63,826 bases of DNA, filler included, from Bigelowiella natans CCMP2755 (GCA_000320545.1; 7 parts of 7 records of this genome joined end to end with filler, not necessarily neighbours in it); one strand, 5' to 3'; shown: positions 40,483 through 54,272, counted from the whole stretch's first letter. The notes: generated by a model not told the origin, from the letters alone. Program-made: numbers and translations.

Positions 40483-40974
40483 TCATGATTTTCGCAAAAA
40501 TAAACGATTGCTTTCGAGAAAAACGCAAGCCGCCCAATCTAGTAGTGGGTTACGAAATGTACGGCAGAATAGCACATGAGTTCTATGATTACCTTGACCG
40601 TCTTTGCGAAGATGCACGATTAGTTTTTCATGCACCTGGTCGATAGCGACATGCAGCGTGATATACATGGATATCATCAACACATTGAAAACAAACTAAC
40701 AACAATACCTGGAACGACGTAACAAGTGGGCAATTATCACCGACTCGTCTGAACAAATCAAATGCAGTAAAATCATGTAAATACCGATTTATGAATACCA
40801 GGTAATGAAAGCAGCGACACGAGCAAGCAGTAAAATAGAATGATCGATCTAAAAAATCTTGATTGTATATTTCCATCCATCGACGGTTCTGCGTGCCACA
40901 TTGAGCACATACACGTTATCACGCCACAGTTGATACCAACTGCCACTTGTTCTGTTCCCTGCACGATCATCGTC

Positions 40975-41006
<32 letters not shown>

Positions 41007-41425
41007 CATCACTATCATCGTATCATCTTCTTCTTCTTCCTCTTCTTCTTCTTCTTCAGCTTTGGCGTGATGCCGCCTCTAACATCCCATACTTACCGTG
41101 CAGGAAAATCGATGTCGAACAACCGCAAATACTTGGACAATGGCCGCCTACTTCCCAGCCCGTATCTGCGAGCGCAGGGGCACCATAAGAAGATGGACGG
41201 AAAAACAAGCACAAAACAGACGGTCTCGCCATCACTCACGACGAACTATGTTTGTGTGCTGTCGCGGGAGGGGGAACCCATCAGCACGTCGATGGATGGG
41301 TGATGGCAGTGGAGAGTGAAATCATGACCCCACTCCTTTCTCACTTACTTCTCGAAGTTTTCCTCCGAGTAGCTGCCCGGCGCGACATCCATTCCGATCT
41401 GAAAAAGGAAGGTGCCGTCTTACAC

Positions 41426-41485
<60 letters not shown>

Positions 41486-42410
41486 AACTGATAGGAATAT
41501 TTCCGATGATAATGATGATGATGATGGCGATGCGACAGGGATTTTAGTATCATCAGCTCTATGCGATTGGCTCTTGCAGTAATTCAAATCACTCTTCTTC
41601 CTTTCTTCCTTGAGACACGTTGTTGGCATGCCATAATCAGCAGCACGGGGGGCACATTACCAATTTCTTGATTCTGTTTACGGATCTCTGAGCATCATTT
41701 GAGTGCGACCCGGAATTCTCCCAGAACATAGGAGGCCTCTTGCCACCTTGGTACGACAAGTCGAAGAAGAAGAAGAGGAAGAATAAGGAGGGGGGGGAAG
41801 AGGAAACACGATGCATTGAGTACAAAAAGTAGCCTGTAAGTGCTGCGGAATTCATAGATAGAAGGAAAATAACTCGACTCGGTTGTGGCCACAGCTAACT
41901 TTCCATCAGCGTCATCATCAGCATCGATCATCCATCACCATCATTCACCATCCATCTTCCTCTCACACGTCGTCATCATGTCAAAGGGGGGTGAGGGGGG
42001 GGGGAGGGGGGGGAGGGATGAATAACGATCGCGACCTGGTCCACCTCCATATTGATGATAGATAATGCTATGATGAAAGGTGTACAAATCGTAACCGTTT
42101 GTCCACCTGCAAACACACCCCGCCACACAATCACGCGTATGTTATCCACCCCAAACGCGTCGAGGCAATGACAGTTGATGGGTGATACGCGACAGCGGCT
42201 ACATAGACGAATCGACTACATTCTCATTGCCATCGATATCTCCTCCCCGGTGAAAAGCATACTTAAACAGCAGTCGTAGGGAACGCGTACAAGCCTATGG
42301 CTGGATTAGGCACATTCCACAGTCAACCAATGAAGAGCCTTACTACGAGGGCTGCTGCTGTCTAAGGGCGACTTCCTTCCGCTCACGTACACGCTAGTAA
42401 ACACTCACAT

Positions 42411-42451
<41 letters not shown>

Positions 42452-42572
42452 ACTATATGTCCGACACGTAGTAACGGGGAAACAAGGCCGCATCAGCACC
42501 ATATACCCTTTGCTGAAGCTTGCCCCTGCCCCCCAAAATGGCTGCAGCACGGGAGATCCTAAAAAACGTGCT

Positions 42573-42632
<60 letters not shown>

Positions 42633-42709
42633 GAATAGGAGGGGGCTCGTCACTAGAATCAGCAAGTAAAAACCTCTTCTCTCGTGCTTTTATCGTCGCA
42701 AAGTCGATC

Positions 42710-42748
<39 letters not shown>

Positions 42749-43006
42749 ACAGTCTCCCCAGTAAATACATCCTCACTTTTCAAAGTCATCATCGCTGCTC
42801 AAGTGCATCGTAACGCTAGTATAAGGTGACCCCTCTCACCCCTCCTCCCCCCCGTCCGCTCCCTATGATCTTATTCATGCTTTGTGGTTCTTATCGCTAC
42901 CTGGTATCCTCGTCTCCGGATTAGAATCAAACCTGGGGGAGATGGAGGGGGGGAGGGGGGTTAAAGGACTGGACTACACATCGCGCATGCATGCACACAT
43001 ACATGC

Positions 43007-43048
<42 letters not shown>

Positions 43049-43308
43049 TTGCACGCCGGAACTGTCAGCAGCCAAGTCTGCAATACTCAATAGTGGCGAT
43101 GTTGTTCTTATCGCTGTTGGGATGGGTACAGACCGACGGGGGTTAAAGCTGTACCTGAGCATTTCTCCCTCGAAATGAGACGCGCACATCATCGGAGTCG
43201 TTTGCTGCGAAGACAAAGCGTGTAAAATCAGTCTATTCCATTATCCCAATAATGATCTTAAATGGACACCCTCAGAGAAACACGCGTAGCTTTACAATGA
43301 TATTAATG

Positions 43309-43352
<44 letters not shown>

Positions 43353-43536
43353 GGTAGTGTGTATGCGATGCATCTGCGTGCTGGTCGCTGCCGTTGTTGT
43401 TGTTGTTGCTGCTGCTGCTGCTGCTGCTGTTTTGTTGTTGTCGCAAGATCTCACCCATTTCGCCAACCCATTCGCGTTTATCGCAGTCACCTGTTTCGAT
43501 GGAACATCTGTGTTTGTGCTGGTGATTCTGGGTGCA

Positions 43537-43587
<51 letters not shown>

Positions 43588-43713
43588 CGAGACGATCTGC
43601 ATGCAGCATGCGAAGGTTCTGCTTCATCTCCTTACGTCGGAAGGATAATTGGTCAACACCGCCATGTCGTTGCCGGTCTTCGTGTGCTGCGAGATCCCTT
43701 CGTCGTCCCAATG

Positions 43714-43750
<37 letters not shown>

Positions 43751-43985
43751 TGTGTTTGTGATCGTGGTGTGACGATTCAAGCCATGCGAAGATGACAGTG
43801 CCGGTGGGAAGGGGGGGGCAAGCGCTCGAAAGCAGCGCTACTACTACTACTACCTTCAGCATCGTAGAGTGAGCGTCAACCTGCATTGCGTAAGTCTCCC
43901 CTCTATAGAGCCTAATTGATATACACACACACACACCACCAACAGCAGCACCATCAGCCTCTGTGCTTCATTACCTTCATCCATG

Positions 43986-44041
<56 letters not shown>

Positions 44042-44539
44042 AAGAGGAGGGAGGGAGGGGGGGGAGGACCGGTCGGCCCTATGGCGGCCAAACGTAGGGC
44101 CAAGACTCCCTTCCGCCTGAACCATGTGCACCTAGAAGAGTGGGGATGGAGATCATCACGGCTCACAACGCTCAATGGCGCAAATACGGCGAAGAATACG
44201 ACCGAAGGTATCCTACGAACTAATGCTACCCGTATCTGGTTGGCGTACTTGCAGAGCGTCTGGTACGGCATCTCGGCGCAACTGCCCGTGAATGGGAGAA
44301 CTCAGCTTGTTTACTTGCATAATATGCGCGCGTGAGCGCGTGTAGAGATATAGAAGAGAGAAAGGGAGAGAAAGGGCGAGAGGGAGGGGGGAGGGGGGGG
44401 GAGATTTTTTGCTCCTTGAATCTCTGGTTGTAGTGTGTTTGAAGGCGTGAGGCAACCTTCTCTTAACCCGTATGCAGGGCTTGTCGTACGAGGACGTGTA
44501 AGAGTTCTGCTCAACGACTCCTGACAACATGTATCACTC

Positions 44540-44582
<43 letters not shown>

Positions 44583-45088
44583 ATGTGTGTGTGTGTTTAA
44601 CATCTATATGGGTGATTTATGTCATCTAGGAAGCAGGAGGGTGGGGATTGGGGAGGCGGGCGTTACTTAACACATCACACAATACAAAGTATCCCCATAC
44701 GCAATCTGATGGTTGGCGATTTTCAAACAGTAGCAAGCAGGAACAGCACCTACGAATACGCGCTGAGGGTGAAGAGCTCTCTCAAACAACGACTCGACTG
44801 TGCCTGTACACCTAGATTCCAGCAAAAGAAGCGAGTGAATCTGTCAACCCTACCCTGCCTTCATATAGGAGGGGGGAGGGGGGGAAGAGAAAAACGGCGA
44901 CGATGGGCTGCGTGCAAGACAGTGAGCCCTCCATCCTACCTGTGATCTCTGTAAGAAGCTACGCTGACAAATATCGTTGGCTTCCCGTCCACGAGGGTTC
45001 CAATCTTGTCCACATCCACACCTTTCATCAGTAAAAGCAGCCAGGAGGGTTTATACACCATTAATGGATGCATATGTAATATATATAT

Positions 45089-45128
<40 letters not shown>

Positions 45129-45672
45129 GCTATATAGCTCATTCTAGGCCTACCCTCCGGAACATGGAACTCTGGTGGTGGGGCGACTACATCGAAGGAG
45201 CATTGCCTAATGACCCCCAAAAAATGGGGGGAGGGGGGATGGCAAGAAGGGGATAACATTAAATCCCAAGCAAGGCTTTGCCACGACTGCTCTCAATTTA
45301 CTCTCCTACCGCAGCATCGTTCTCTCTCCGGAGGGCGACTGTCCTACTTGAGTACCTATCATCATGCCACATCGGAGAGAGGAGGAGGATATCAATGAAT
45401 CATCAACGAGGACAGAGCCGCAGGTTATCTTCACACGACATTACGAAATGAAATTCGGTCTCTGTGCGACGGCTGACTGGCATTAGTAGTAGTAGTTGTG
45501 TAGAAGTAGTAGAAGTAGTAGTAGTGGCAGGTGATTGCAGCAGCAGCAGCTGCCTTGGGAGCGTTTGTTAGCAGCACTAACAGCACTAACAAAACGGGTG
45601 CAGTACTGCTACCTTTGCGGATCTCATACTGAGCATCCCCGGTTATCACGACACCGCCGCACTTGTTTCCAG
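40483..45672 (-). CDS. GT60 UDP-GlcNAc:polypeptide / Skp1-hydroxyproline GlcNAc-transferase-like, many exons, 5'-truncated
   Basis: TIFVSVASYRDHR, SLGPTFGRHRADRLYRGETYAMQVDAH, HWDDEGI...AVLTNYP, LQPFWGAGASFSKG, VPYDCCLSMLFTGEEISMAMR|WTNGYDLY, YGLGSRRPLSKY. Confidence 0.88.
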
Positions 45673-45772
45673 NNNNNNNNNNNNNNNNNNNNNNNNNNNN
45701 NNNNNNNNNNNNNNNNTTAATTAATTAANNNNNNNNNNNNNNNNNNNNNNNNNNNNNNNNNNNNNNNNNNNN
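45673..45772. other. Artificial contig linker
   Basis: N44-TTAATTAATTAA-N44. Confidence 0.97.
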
Positions 45773-46402
45773 GCGCAACGAATGTGCGCCTACACCTCTT
45801 AAGATCAAGAATGGTAGGCGCGTTTGCTCCTCATCTGTAGTTGCGCGACCGACTGGGAAAATGTGGTGTGGGGATGTTTGATCTCGGCCGGTACTGACGT
45901 GGATAGCCGCCTACGAAAATTTTGTAAGCCCACGGCTGTCAGTAAAAGTAGTAAGTGGTCCGGTAGCCGCAAACACAAGGCCACCAAAACCCGGCAGGTA
46001 CTCAACACTCGCCCCCTCCCGCACAACTCGCCCCCGACATTAGAACACCCCAAATCCCCTTACTTTATCCTTCGAGTACCGAAGTTTCCCTCTCTCTTTT
46101 TTTCTTTCTCTCTCTCCCTTCTGGCCAGTTTTCTCTCCCCCTCCCCCCCCGATCTTTACCTCCTCCCCCCTCCCAATGGATGTTTCGGGACAACCCTTTT
46201 GCAAGCGATACTGCAACAGCAGCCGGCCGTCGTTTATGTATCCTCCGGGGGGGGGGGGGCGACCGACTAGCGATCATGTGCTTTGCCCTTGCTCACATCA
46301 TTTATAGGCAATCAAAGCCATTCGAAAGACTCTTGGAGGGAACCGAGGGTGGCGTTGTTGCTGCTGCTGCTGCTGCGGCGGCGGCTGATATTGTTGTTAT
46401 TG

Positions 46403-46437
<35 letters not shown>

Positions 46438-46750
46438 GGTTAAGTGAATTTGCTCAACTTCGCTGCTATTGTCCACTCGCTCAGCCGCGTGATGGATTTA
46501 ATGCGGGTGCTCGCTCGCTACGGATCCACTGTAGACGACTTTGAAAAGGTCGCAGCTTGTTCACAATCCATGTGTTCAAATGTACACCCGATATACCGTA
46601 ATTGTCCTTATGCGTGTATGTGCGTGTGTGTGTGTTTGGCTAATACACAGGGATTTAAGCGGCACGTGGAGAAGACCCTTCCTGAGACATCTCCCGCTCG
46701 CAAGCGAATGTGCGTGAGCTGTATAGCTGCACACACCACACACGCACGCA

Positions 46751-46801
<51 letters not shown>

Positions 46802-47184
46802 GGGGGGGGGGAGAGAGACCAATAGTAGCACAGTTAGCTAGCTGCGACTCACATCTGTTTAATTGTTTGTTTTTCCCTCTGAATATGATGGCTTGAAGGC
46901 ATGAGATCAAGAACTACGTGAAGCAAGAATGGTTGTGGTGGCGTGATAAACAGTACATTAGCTGTCAGCGCAGCCCCAGCAGCGGCAGTGGTGGTGGCGG
47001 CGACGGCGGCGGGGAGGGGGGGGGCAGTAGCGCCGCTGCTGGCAAGAGTAAGAGCGCGAGCAGCGTGGCGAGGGAGAAGGTGAAGAGTGATAAGGGGCTT
47101 AAGGATACGAACAGGAGGGTGATGAAGAAGAAGGCGACCAAAGCTAAGATTGTACCAAAGTCGTCGAGGCGGAGAGGAAGTTGA
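45773..47184 (+). CDS. 3' part of unknown helical protein with Lys-rich tail
   Basis: Exons IMCFALAHIIYRQSKPFERLLEG|, RVMDLMRVLARYGSTVDDFEK|, GFKRHVEKTLPE, HEIKNYVKQEWLWWRDKQYISCQRSP...KKKATKAKIVPKSSRRRGS*. Confidence 0.55.
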
Positions 47185-48135
47185 CTCGATGGATGGCTTG
47201 GGAACTGAGTGTGGGTGGCAGCGCGCTAGTATAATGAAGGCGAGGGGATGCCGGCGCATGCAAGCTTATTATATGTATCTTCATTAGAAATATGTACACG
47301 ATTAGGCGCACAGCCGACTAACAGCTACCTACTGCATATAGCGTCGAGAATCTATTGTCTATATTATTAAGCGACTGTTTGCGCTTTGTTGTCAACGCGC
47401 TTGCATTGTGATTACACGAGCATATAGCATACTCGCAGCCATGGTCGTATAGTCGGGCCAATCGATCAGTCGTACGATACGTACGTGGGCTCTCAATTTT
47501 TGCACGGATGCTAGCACACTACTAGCATCAAGAGCATATACACTAGTATACAGTAGTATGCCGCCGTACATCATTAGCATACGTGCCCGCCCTCCACAAT
47601 ATAGTTATCCATGTGCTCGTCCAGAAAATGAAAACATGGTATACCCCCTGCAGCTTAATTTGTGAGTGATGTTGCATTGCTAGACTACATCGACTGAATT
47701 TGCAAGAAGGTATTTACATCATGCACGCTAGCACAGCATGCGTAGTAGCGTCATAGACGTGATCGTACATCGTAGTACTAGAGTATTATATAAGACAGAT
47801 GTAATAAATAAATTAAATCTTTTCAATGGTCATCAGTATTATGCCCCCCGTCCTCATCACTAGATCTTGCACTGCCTAACAAGAATAAAACCCTATCTTT
47901 ACAAAGCCGAGTGCCAAGCTTGGGAGGGGAGAGGTGCGCTGCCTTGAGTGGGCAGCATGGTGTATGCTCTATAGAATGCAAAGTGTAAGCATGCCTATAC
48001 AATGAATATGAGGCTACTATCTAATATACATCGTGATAGAAGATGCCGCAGCATCTTCCTCCGAGTCCACATATTTTCATCGAGTCACACGATGGCATTG
48101 CAATCCGTCTGTACGAAGCGCACGAGCCTGTTTTA

Positions 48136-49206
48136 TCACCACGCCTGGCCGCTCTTGGCCCACCCGCTCCGCCACAACGCCCCGCATTTGTAGCAATCCT
48201 GCTTGCGCTTGTTGCTGTTTTCCGCGCCGCACTTGAGGCAGTTCCAAAAAGGTTTCTTGTAGCCCCCACCCCCCCCGATGGCATCCTCCTTCTTGATCTT
48301 CTTCTGGAGCTTCGGACACCCCGCGGACCAGTGGGGGCCTTTGCAGTGCCTGCATCGCACCTTCCCCATCACATTCCCCGCCGCGAGGAAACGCTTCTTC
48401 TCAGCTTCGGCCAGCTCGGCCTTCTTCGCTTGCCACTGCTCCAAGCTCATCGCAGCGGCGTGGAGCTTCTTCGCCTGTGATCCGTCGGCAAGAGGCTGGA
48501 AACTCTTCACTCGAACGACCTCATCTGGGTGCGAGAGGCAGCCATCCATAGCAACCTTCTCCATATCAATGGCCTTCTTCCCCTCCTCCGCGCCGTCTTC
48601 CTCCCTGGCTTCTTCCTGGGCGGCTGCTTTTTCGGCGGCCTCCATCTTCTCGGCGTATGCGTTGGACTTCTCCGCGATCGCTGCTGCAATGGCCTCGTTG
48701 CTCGCCACGAAAGAGGCAAATTGAAGGTCGCTTCCCAGCTTCTCAGCGATGAAATCAGGGTCGGGATTTTGCTCTATTTCGGATAAGATCTTCTCGATTC
48801 GGGCGGCGGTTTTAGCGTCTAAAGCTGGTCTTCCGTCCTTGTCACTATCTTCTTCTTCCTCCCCCCCCCCCCCCTTTCTCTGCTTCTTTGTCGGCGGCTG
48901 TTCCTCATCCTCGTCACTGCTGTCCCTCCTGGAGGACTTATTCTTCTTTTTCTTCTTCTTTTTCTTTTTCTTCTTCTCCTTCTTGTCACGCTTCTTCCGC
49001 TTCTTCTTCTTCTTCTTTCGCGGACCCTCGCCGTCCTTCTCCTCGCTGCTCTCCTGCTGCCTCCCTCCCCTATCCTTCGAGGGAGCTACGTGCTCCTCTT
49101 CATCGGAGGAATCGATCCTTCCTCTTCCTCGGTTGTCATTGTCATCCTCGTCATCGGAGTCAATCCGGCGGCGGGAGGGGCCATCTTCGTCCGAGGAGGA
49201 GCTCAT
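48136..49206 (-). CDS. Intronless acidic/Lys-rich protein with eIF3g-like zinc knuckle and RanBP2-type zinc finger
   Basis: CRHCKGPHWSAGCP (cf. eIF3g CRICKGDHWT..CP) and WNCLKCGAENSNKRKQDCYKCG (RanBP2 W-x-C-x2-C-x3-N...C-x2-C); 356-aa open frame. Confidence 0.8.
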   Translation of the reverse strand: MSSSSDEDGPSRRRIDSDDEDDNDNRGRGRIDSSDEEEHVAPSKDRGGRQQESSEEKDGEGPRKKKKKKRKKRDKKEKKKKKKKKKKKNKSSRRDSSDEDEEQPPTKKQRKGGGGEEEEDSDKDGRPALDAKTAARIEKILSEIEQNPDPDFIAEKLGSDLQFASFVASNEAIAAAIAEKSNAYAEKMEAAEKAAAQEEAREEDGAEEGKKAIDMEKVAMDGCLSHPDEVVRVKSFQPLADGSQAKKLHAAAMSLEQWQAKKAELAEAEKKRFLAAGNVMGKVRCRHCKGPHWSAGCPKLQKKIKKEDAIGGGGGYKKPFWNCLKCGAENSNKRKQDCYKCGALWRSGWAKSGQAW

Positions 49207-49616
49207 TTTGATTCAGAAGCCAGGGAGGAGTTCTGCTCCTCGGGCGTGGAGGGGGCGGCGCTCACGGCGGTTCGTTCCCGCGATTCGGTTCTGCGCGACA
49301 AGGAAAATAGATGGGGTTCACTTCATACGACATGGGATAAATTGTAATTACACAAAATACCGCCTGCGTTTTTGGGCCATTTTGCGAAATTCGGCAAATT
49401 CTATCCTTCCGGCGTGGGCTCGTTTTGGAACGAGAGAATAGCCGGATATAACCAATGTGTTTTGCGTCTGTGCCGACGCATTCGATCCGGTGGTAGGGCT
49501 ATGGAAAGGCGGACAGAGATGTTAAAATGGAATTATTTAGGATATATTTTCGATTATAATTTTACTAATTCTTCTGAATAGAGTGCATGTTCGACGGCAG
49601 ACGCCGATCGACGACG

Positions 49617-50351
49617 ATGCCGAGGGCTCGTCCCCTTCCAGGTTCGTGGTCCTCCCCCCACCCTCTTCACAGGCTCTCCGCGGCCGCTTTTGTGCTTCTC
49701 TGTCTACCATATCTGTCGGAATCCACACCCCGCTTGTCTGCAGATAGCTTCCTCGGCCGTCGGTTCTCGGTAATTGTTGTGAGAGTGGGTGAGTGGGGGG
49801 GGGGGCACCGATGAGTTTTAACACGCTTGCGATTTGGTAGGCTCGGCCACGATTGTTTCTGCACAAGATAGGAGTTGGAGCAACTCATCGTCGGGGGGTA
49901 ATTGGACGCCGTCGCTCTGGCCAGCACCTTCTCCCAGCCTTTCAAATCAGAGATTCACATCGTCGAATCGCTCGTGTTGCAGCGGGGGGGGAGACTGACC
50001 TCGATGATGACCAACGACAGGTCTATGTTCTTCACAAGTTAACCCGACCACAGTTGCCTCGAATATATCTTGCAGAAAACTGCATCTCTCCATTTCTGTG
50101 CCGCGCCAACCCGCCCCCGCCCACGTCCTGCAGGAATGCATTTTTACCCGACGTGTTACTTGTGTTTATGTTCGATTAGATCATCATGGAGGAGTGGAAG
50201 GGCAAGCGAGCGAAGGATATAAAAGCAGAGCTGAGCAGGCTTGATATATCCGCCGAAGACTGCTTTGAGAAGGTGCTCGTTGGCAGCAATATTTTAACAT
50301 AGGAAAAATATGAAATTCGGACAAAATCGCCCCTGATGCCAAAAGATATAA

Positions 50352-50384
<33 letters not shown>

Positions 50385-50636
50385 TGTGTGTGTGTTGTTT
50401 TTGTGTATTGTGTATTGTGCTTGTATGTACGCGAGTTTTAGCATTCGATTTGTAGATATGAAAGCGTAGGAATGACCATATCTTCTCGAATGCGCTTCTT
50501 CTCCCCTACCGCCCCCCTTCCCCCCCAACTTAATTCACGGTTCAGTCGGATCTACTATCAAGACTAGTAGACGGTATCGCCCGCATGGCTCGGGGCGAGG
50601 TCGAAGCCACCACTAGCCACGTGGAAGGAGACGAAG

Positions 50637-50667
<31 letters not shown>

Positions 50668-51019
50668 GGAGAAGCATCGTATTTTTGCGGCCCGGGGGGT
50701 CCACAACTTTTAAAGGGGGGAAATCTGCGCCTATTCGGGGGTAGTTCAAATATTCCACGAATACATTTTGGGGAAACAACCGCGGGGAAACTTGAATAAG
50801 AAAGAGAAGATAAAGGCCCCAGTTTTATGAAAATTCCTCGTCCTTCGAAGGTGCATTTCTTCCTCATCGTCATCCACATTATTCTTATTTTAATAATTAC
50901 CATCATATTGTTTTCGACATTCTCATGTGATACCGAATAATCGATCTCCCCCATCCCAGGTGCCTAGCTAATTTCATGTCTGGCCCACGCGGTCGAACCA
51001 TCCGTCACACTTGCATAGA
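49617..51019 (+). CDS. Protein with bipartite leader and SAP/HeH-like motif, 3'-truncated
   Basis: Hydrophobic LSAAAFVLLCLPYLS, then an Arg-rich, acid-poor stretch, then KRAKDIKAELSRLDISAEDCFEK (ARMET_C/SAP-like); GT-AG exons in phase. Confidence 0.6.
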
Positions 51020-51119
51020 NNNNNNNNNNNNNNNNNNNNNNNNNNNNNNNNNNNNNNNNNNNNTTAATTAATTAANNNNNNNNNNNNNNNNNNNNNNNNN
51101 NNNNNNNNNNNNNNNNNNN
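51020..51119. other. Artificial contig linker
   Basis: N44-TTAATTAATTAA-N44. Confidence 0.97.
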
Positions 51120-53903
51120 GAGAGAGAGAGCACGTTCTCTCTTCGCCGTTTCCCCGCCTCATCGTTATTCTTTTCTTCAACACGTCGGTTAGATGGAACG
51201 TGTTCGAAAAGACGGAGGAGGAGCTTTTCCTGGTGCTGCTGCAGTTTATCCTTCCCCTTTTCCCCCTTCTCACCCCTCCCCCACATTCTTCTTCTTAACA
51301 GTTGCCGTCATCATCATCATCGCCACCGCTAGTTTCCCCCCATCCCATTGGCTAGAGTTCACCAACACGCATCATGCCAGCTTATAATAGTGGGAACTGC
51401 GCTGATAACAGTTTTGATTAAACTCCCAACAGAGCCTCGTCGCGATCTACGAGGGATGCGGCTTGTTCACCAAATTTAAGATAAGTAAAGCTACGTTCGC
51501 AGCGTTCCTGACCGAGATCCGGAGAAGGTAGGCAGCACAGTAGTCGTAGCAGTGGTGATGATGATGGCACTTCTTGCCTTTTCCGTTGTGACGATGAGAT
51601 GAGGTAGGGGGGGGGGGGTGGCCCGTTTCAGTCATAACGTGCCGCTCGTGGTTGTGCGTCGCTGTCTCAACTTGAACATCGCGCTCATCATCAGATACAT
51701 GGATGTTCCCTACCACAACTTTCGGCACGCCGTCGACGTTACCCAAACCGTGTACTGCTTCTTAACGCAAATGGGCCTGTCGTCGGTGCTATCCTCCACG
51801 GAGACGTTAGCCCTCCTCACGGCAGCTCTCTGCCACGATGTTCAGCATCCAGGTAGGTGGTGGTGGTGGTGGTGGTGGTTTGCCAGCGTGTGCGTATGCG
51901 CGCGTATGTCTGAGTGTGTGCTCCTCCTCCTCTGTCACCTTCACCGCCTCTGACACCCACTCATCATTGCTAGGGTACAACAACGCGTTCCTGGTTACCG
52001 CCCACGCGCCCCTCGCTGTTATGTACAGTGACAAGGCCGTGCTGGAGAATTTTCATGTGAGTTTTTTTGGGGAAAAGGGGGGGGGGGGGGGGGTTGAGAG
52101 AGTAGCGAAGATGACGCAACAGTGCTTGATGCATGAGAGAATCACCAGGGGGTTGGCATTGATGATTACCCAAAAGACTTTTAGCCGCTCTTATGAAGAT
52201 AGACTATACGGCCATTAAGCCGTGTGTGTTGGCTGCTGCTTAAACTTTCTCCCTCTCATTTTCTCCTCACCCATCCGTGTCAGTCTGCTGTAGCATTCGC
52301 GGTACTGGGCCGGCCGCGCACCAACATCTTCAGCAATCTAAGTCGTAAGCAGTATCAAGCGACTCGCCAAGCTATGATTCACATGATTCTTGCCACGGTA
52401 AGTTCCACCCACCACTGTAACATACAGATGAGACCGAAAGGGCTGGGGGAAGCGGGGAGGGGGGGGGGGGGATGGGGAAGAATGGTTTTATGGTCGTCAT
52501 CGTCTTGAGTGTCATCGCTATCATCACTCTCATCATCATCGTCATCGCCGTGAAATTCCCCCAATCTATTCAGGACATGACGTGCCACTTCGGCATGGTT
52601 GAGAGCTTCAAGAAGCTATTGAACCAGCACCTGTCGTCCGTCACCGCCGCCGCTGCCGCGGCGGCAGACAAGAAGCAGCCGATGGCGGCCTCCCCCCCCC
52701 TCTTCTCAGCTGTCCTCGTCAAATCGCCATCACCACCACCACCGTCGGCGCACAACGACGACACCGACAACTTCGGTTTCTTCCAAGGCAAGAACAAAGA
52801 TGTACCAGGCTCGGCGGCGGGTACTGCTGAACGTGGTGCTGCACGCCTGCGACATCTCCAATCCGTGCAAGCGATGGACCCTGTCCCACGAGTGGTCCAA
52901 TCGGATTTCGAAGGAGTTCTTCAACCAGGTGGGGAGAGGAGGGGGAGGAGGAGGAGGATTGGGGGGGAGGGGGCGATGAACGTAATATCTACCTATCCGT
53001 GTCTGTCTATCTGCCTCTCAATCCATCTTGTGCATCATCGCTGAAGGCTTGTGCAGCAAAGTGAGGGTGCTGGGACGCTTTCCTGTTTATTTGTGTGTGT
53101 GTGTGTGTGTGTGCCATGATGTCTTTGTGAATAAAGGGCGATCGCGAGCGAGAGGAAGGGCTTCCCGTGTCCCCCAACATGGACAAGGCGACTGCAGATC
53201 AATGCGACACGTCCATCAACTTCATCGATTTCATCGTGGGGCCTATGTTTGCCGCGGTCAGGAGGTAATGATGTGGATGGCGAAAGAAGCAGAGATGGCG
53301 AGTGGGCGAATGAACGACGATAGAGACTCTTCTATCTCTCCCCCTCCCTCTTTCTCTCTCTCCTCTCCTCTCCTCCCCTCTCCCCTCTCTGTGATTTCTT
53401 GAGTTTGTGTGTGCATGCGTGTGCCGCTCGCGCGTTCGCTCCGGTTACCAGTGACTAATGTTCTCTTTTGTGCTTCTTCTCTTCCTCTTCTTCTCTTTTT
53501 CTTCCCTCCATCATCCATTGCTGCTGCTGCTGCTGCTGCTAACTCCGCAAAGACTGCTGCCGAAAACAGAGATCTGTGTCTCAGGCCTCCAGTCAAATAG
53601 GAATGTGTGGTACCAGCGTCTGGAAAAGAAGGTGAGGATCGCACCGTGTCTGTGGAGGGAACATCAAGTTGATCCGAAAGTGTTATCAACAGAGAAATAG
53701 CAGTGAGCGCTTAGCCTTTTTGTTTTTGTGGTGTTCAGAATTCGAACAGCAAAGGCGTTCTGAATGAAGAGGACGCCCAGGCGCACCGGAAAAAGGTTTG
53801 CATTGACATAGAAGAGTCGGGAGTAGTTGTAATGAATGTGTGACGATGTGTGCGATGTGATGTGATGTGATGTGATGTGATGTGAGTGATGTGGTGCGAT
53901 GTG

Positions 53904-53942
<39 letters not shown>

Positions 53943-54272
53943 GCGTGTGGAAAGTGCCCATCAATTGAGTCCACATGTTTGTCGCCATCAATTATATATT
54001 CCCATCCACGACTCTCCATCTTTGTGTGCAAAATATCTCAGTGGGAGGCACGCAACGACGCATTCAGTGAAATCTTGGCGACGGCCCGAAAGCAGGCTGA
54101 CGAAGCACGGCCCCAAGGCTCCCCATCGCCAATCCAAACCATTTTTTCGCTCCCTGCTTCACCCTCGCATTCCTCCCGCTCCCCTTCGCCTTCCTCACGT
54201 AGCGGCGTGAACGAGGGCAAAAGCCAGACTCATAGCAAGAGAAACACCACCGTCATTAAGAACCGAAAGTGA
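51120..54272 (+). CDS. Class I 3',5'-cyclic nucleotide phosphodiesterase (catalytic domain), 5'-truncated
   Basis: VPYHNFRHAVDV, AALCHDVQHPG|YNNAFL, VLENFH, MILAT|DM, VLHACDISNP, EFFNQ|GDRERE, INFIDFIVGPMF. Confidence 0.95.

Noticed and set aside
48749-49441. 230-aa plus-strand ORF (similarly 56991-57599 minus and 10361-10882 plus)
   Set aside because: Antisense shadows of GC-rich true coding regions.
49617-54272. Leader-bearing gene at 49617 as the N-terminus of the PDE
   Set aside because: The two are separated by an artificial linker and there is no evidence they are one gene.
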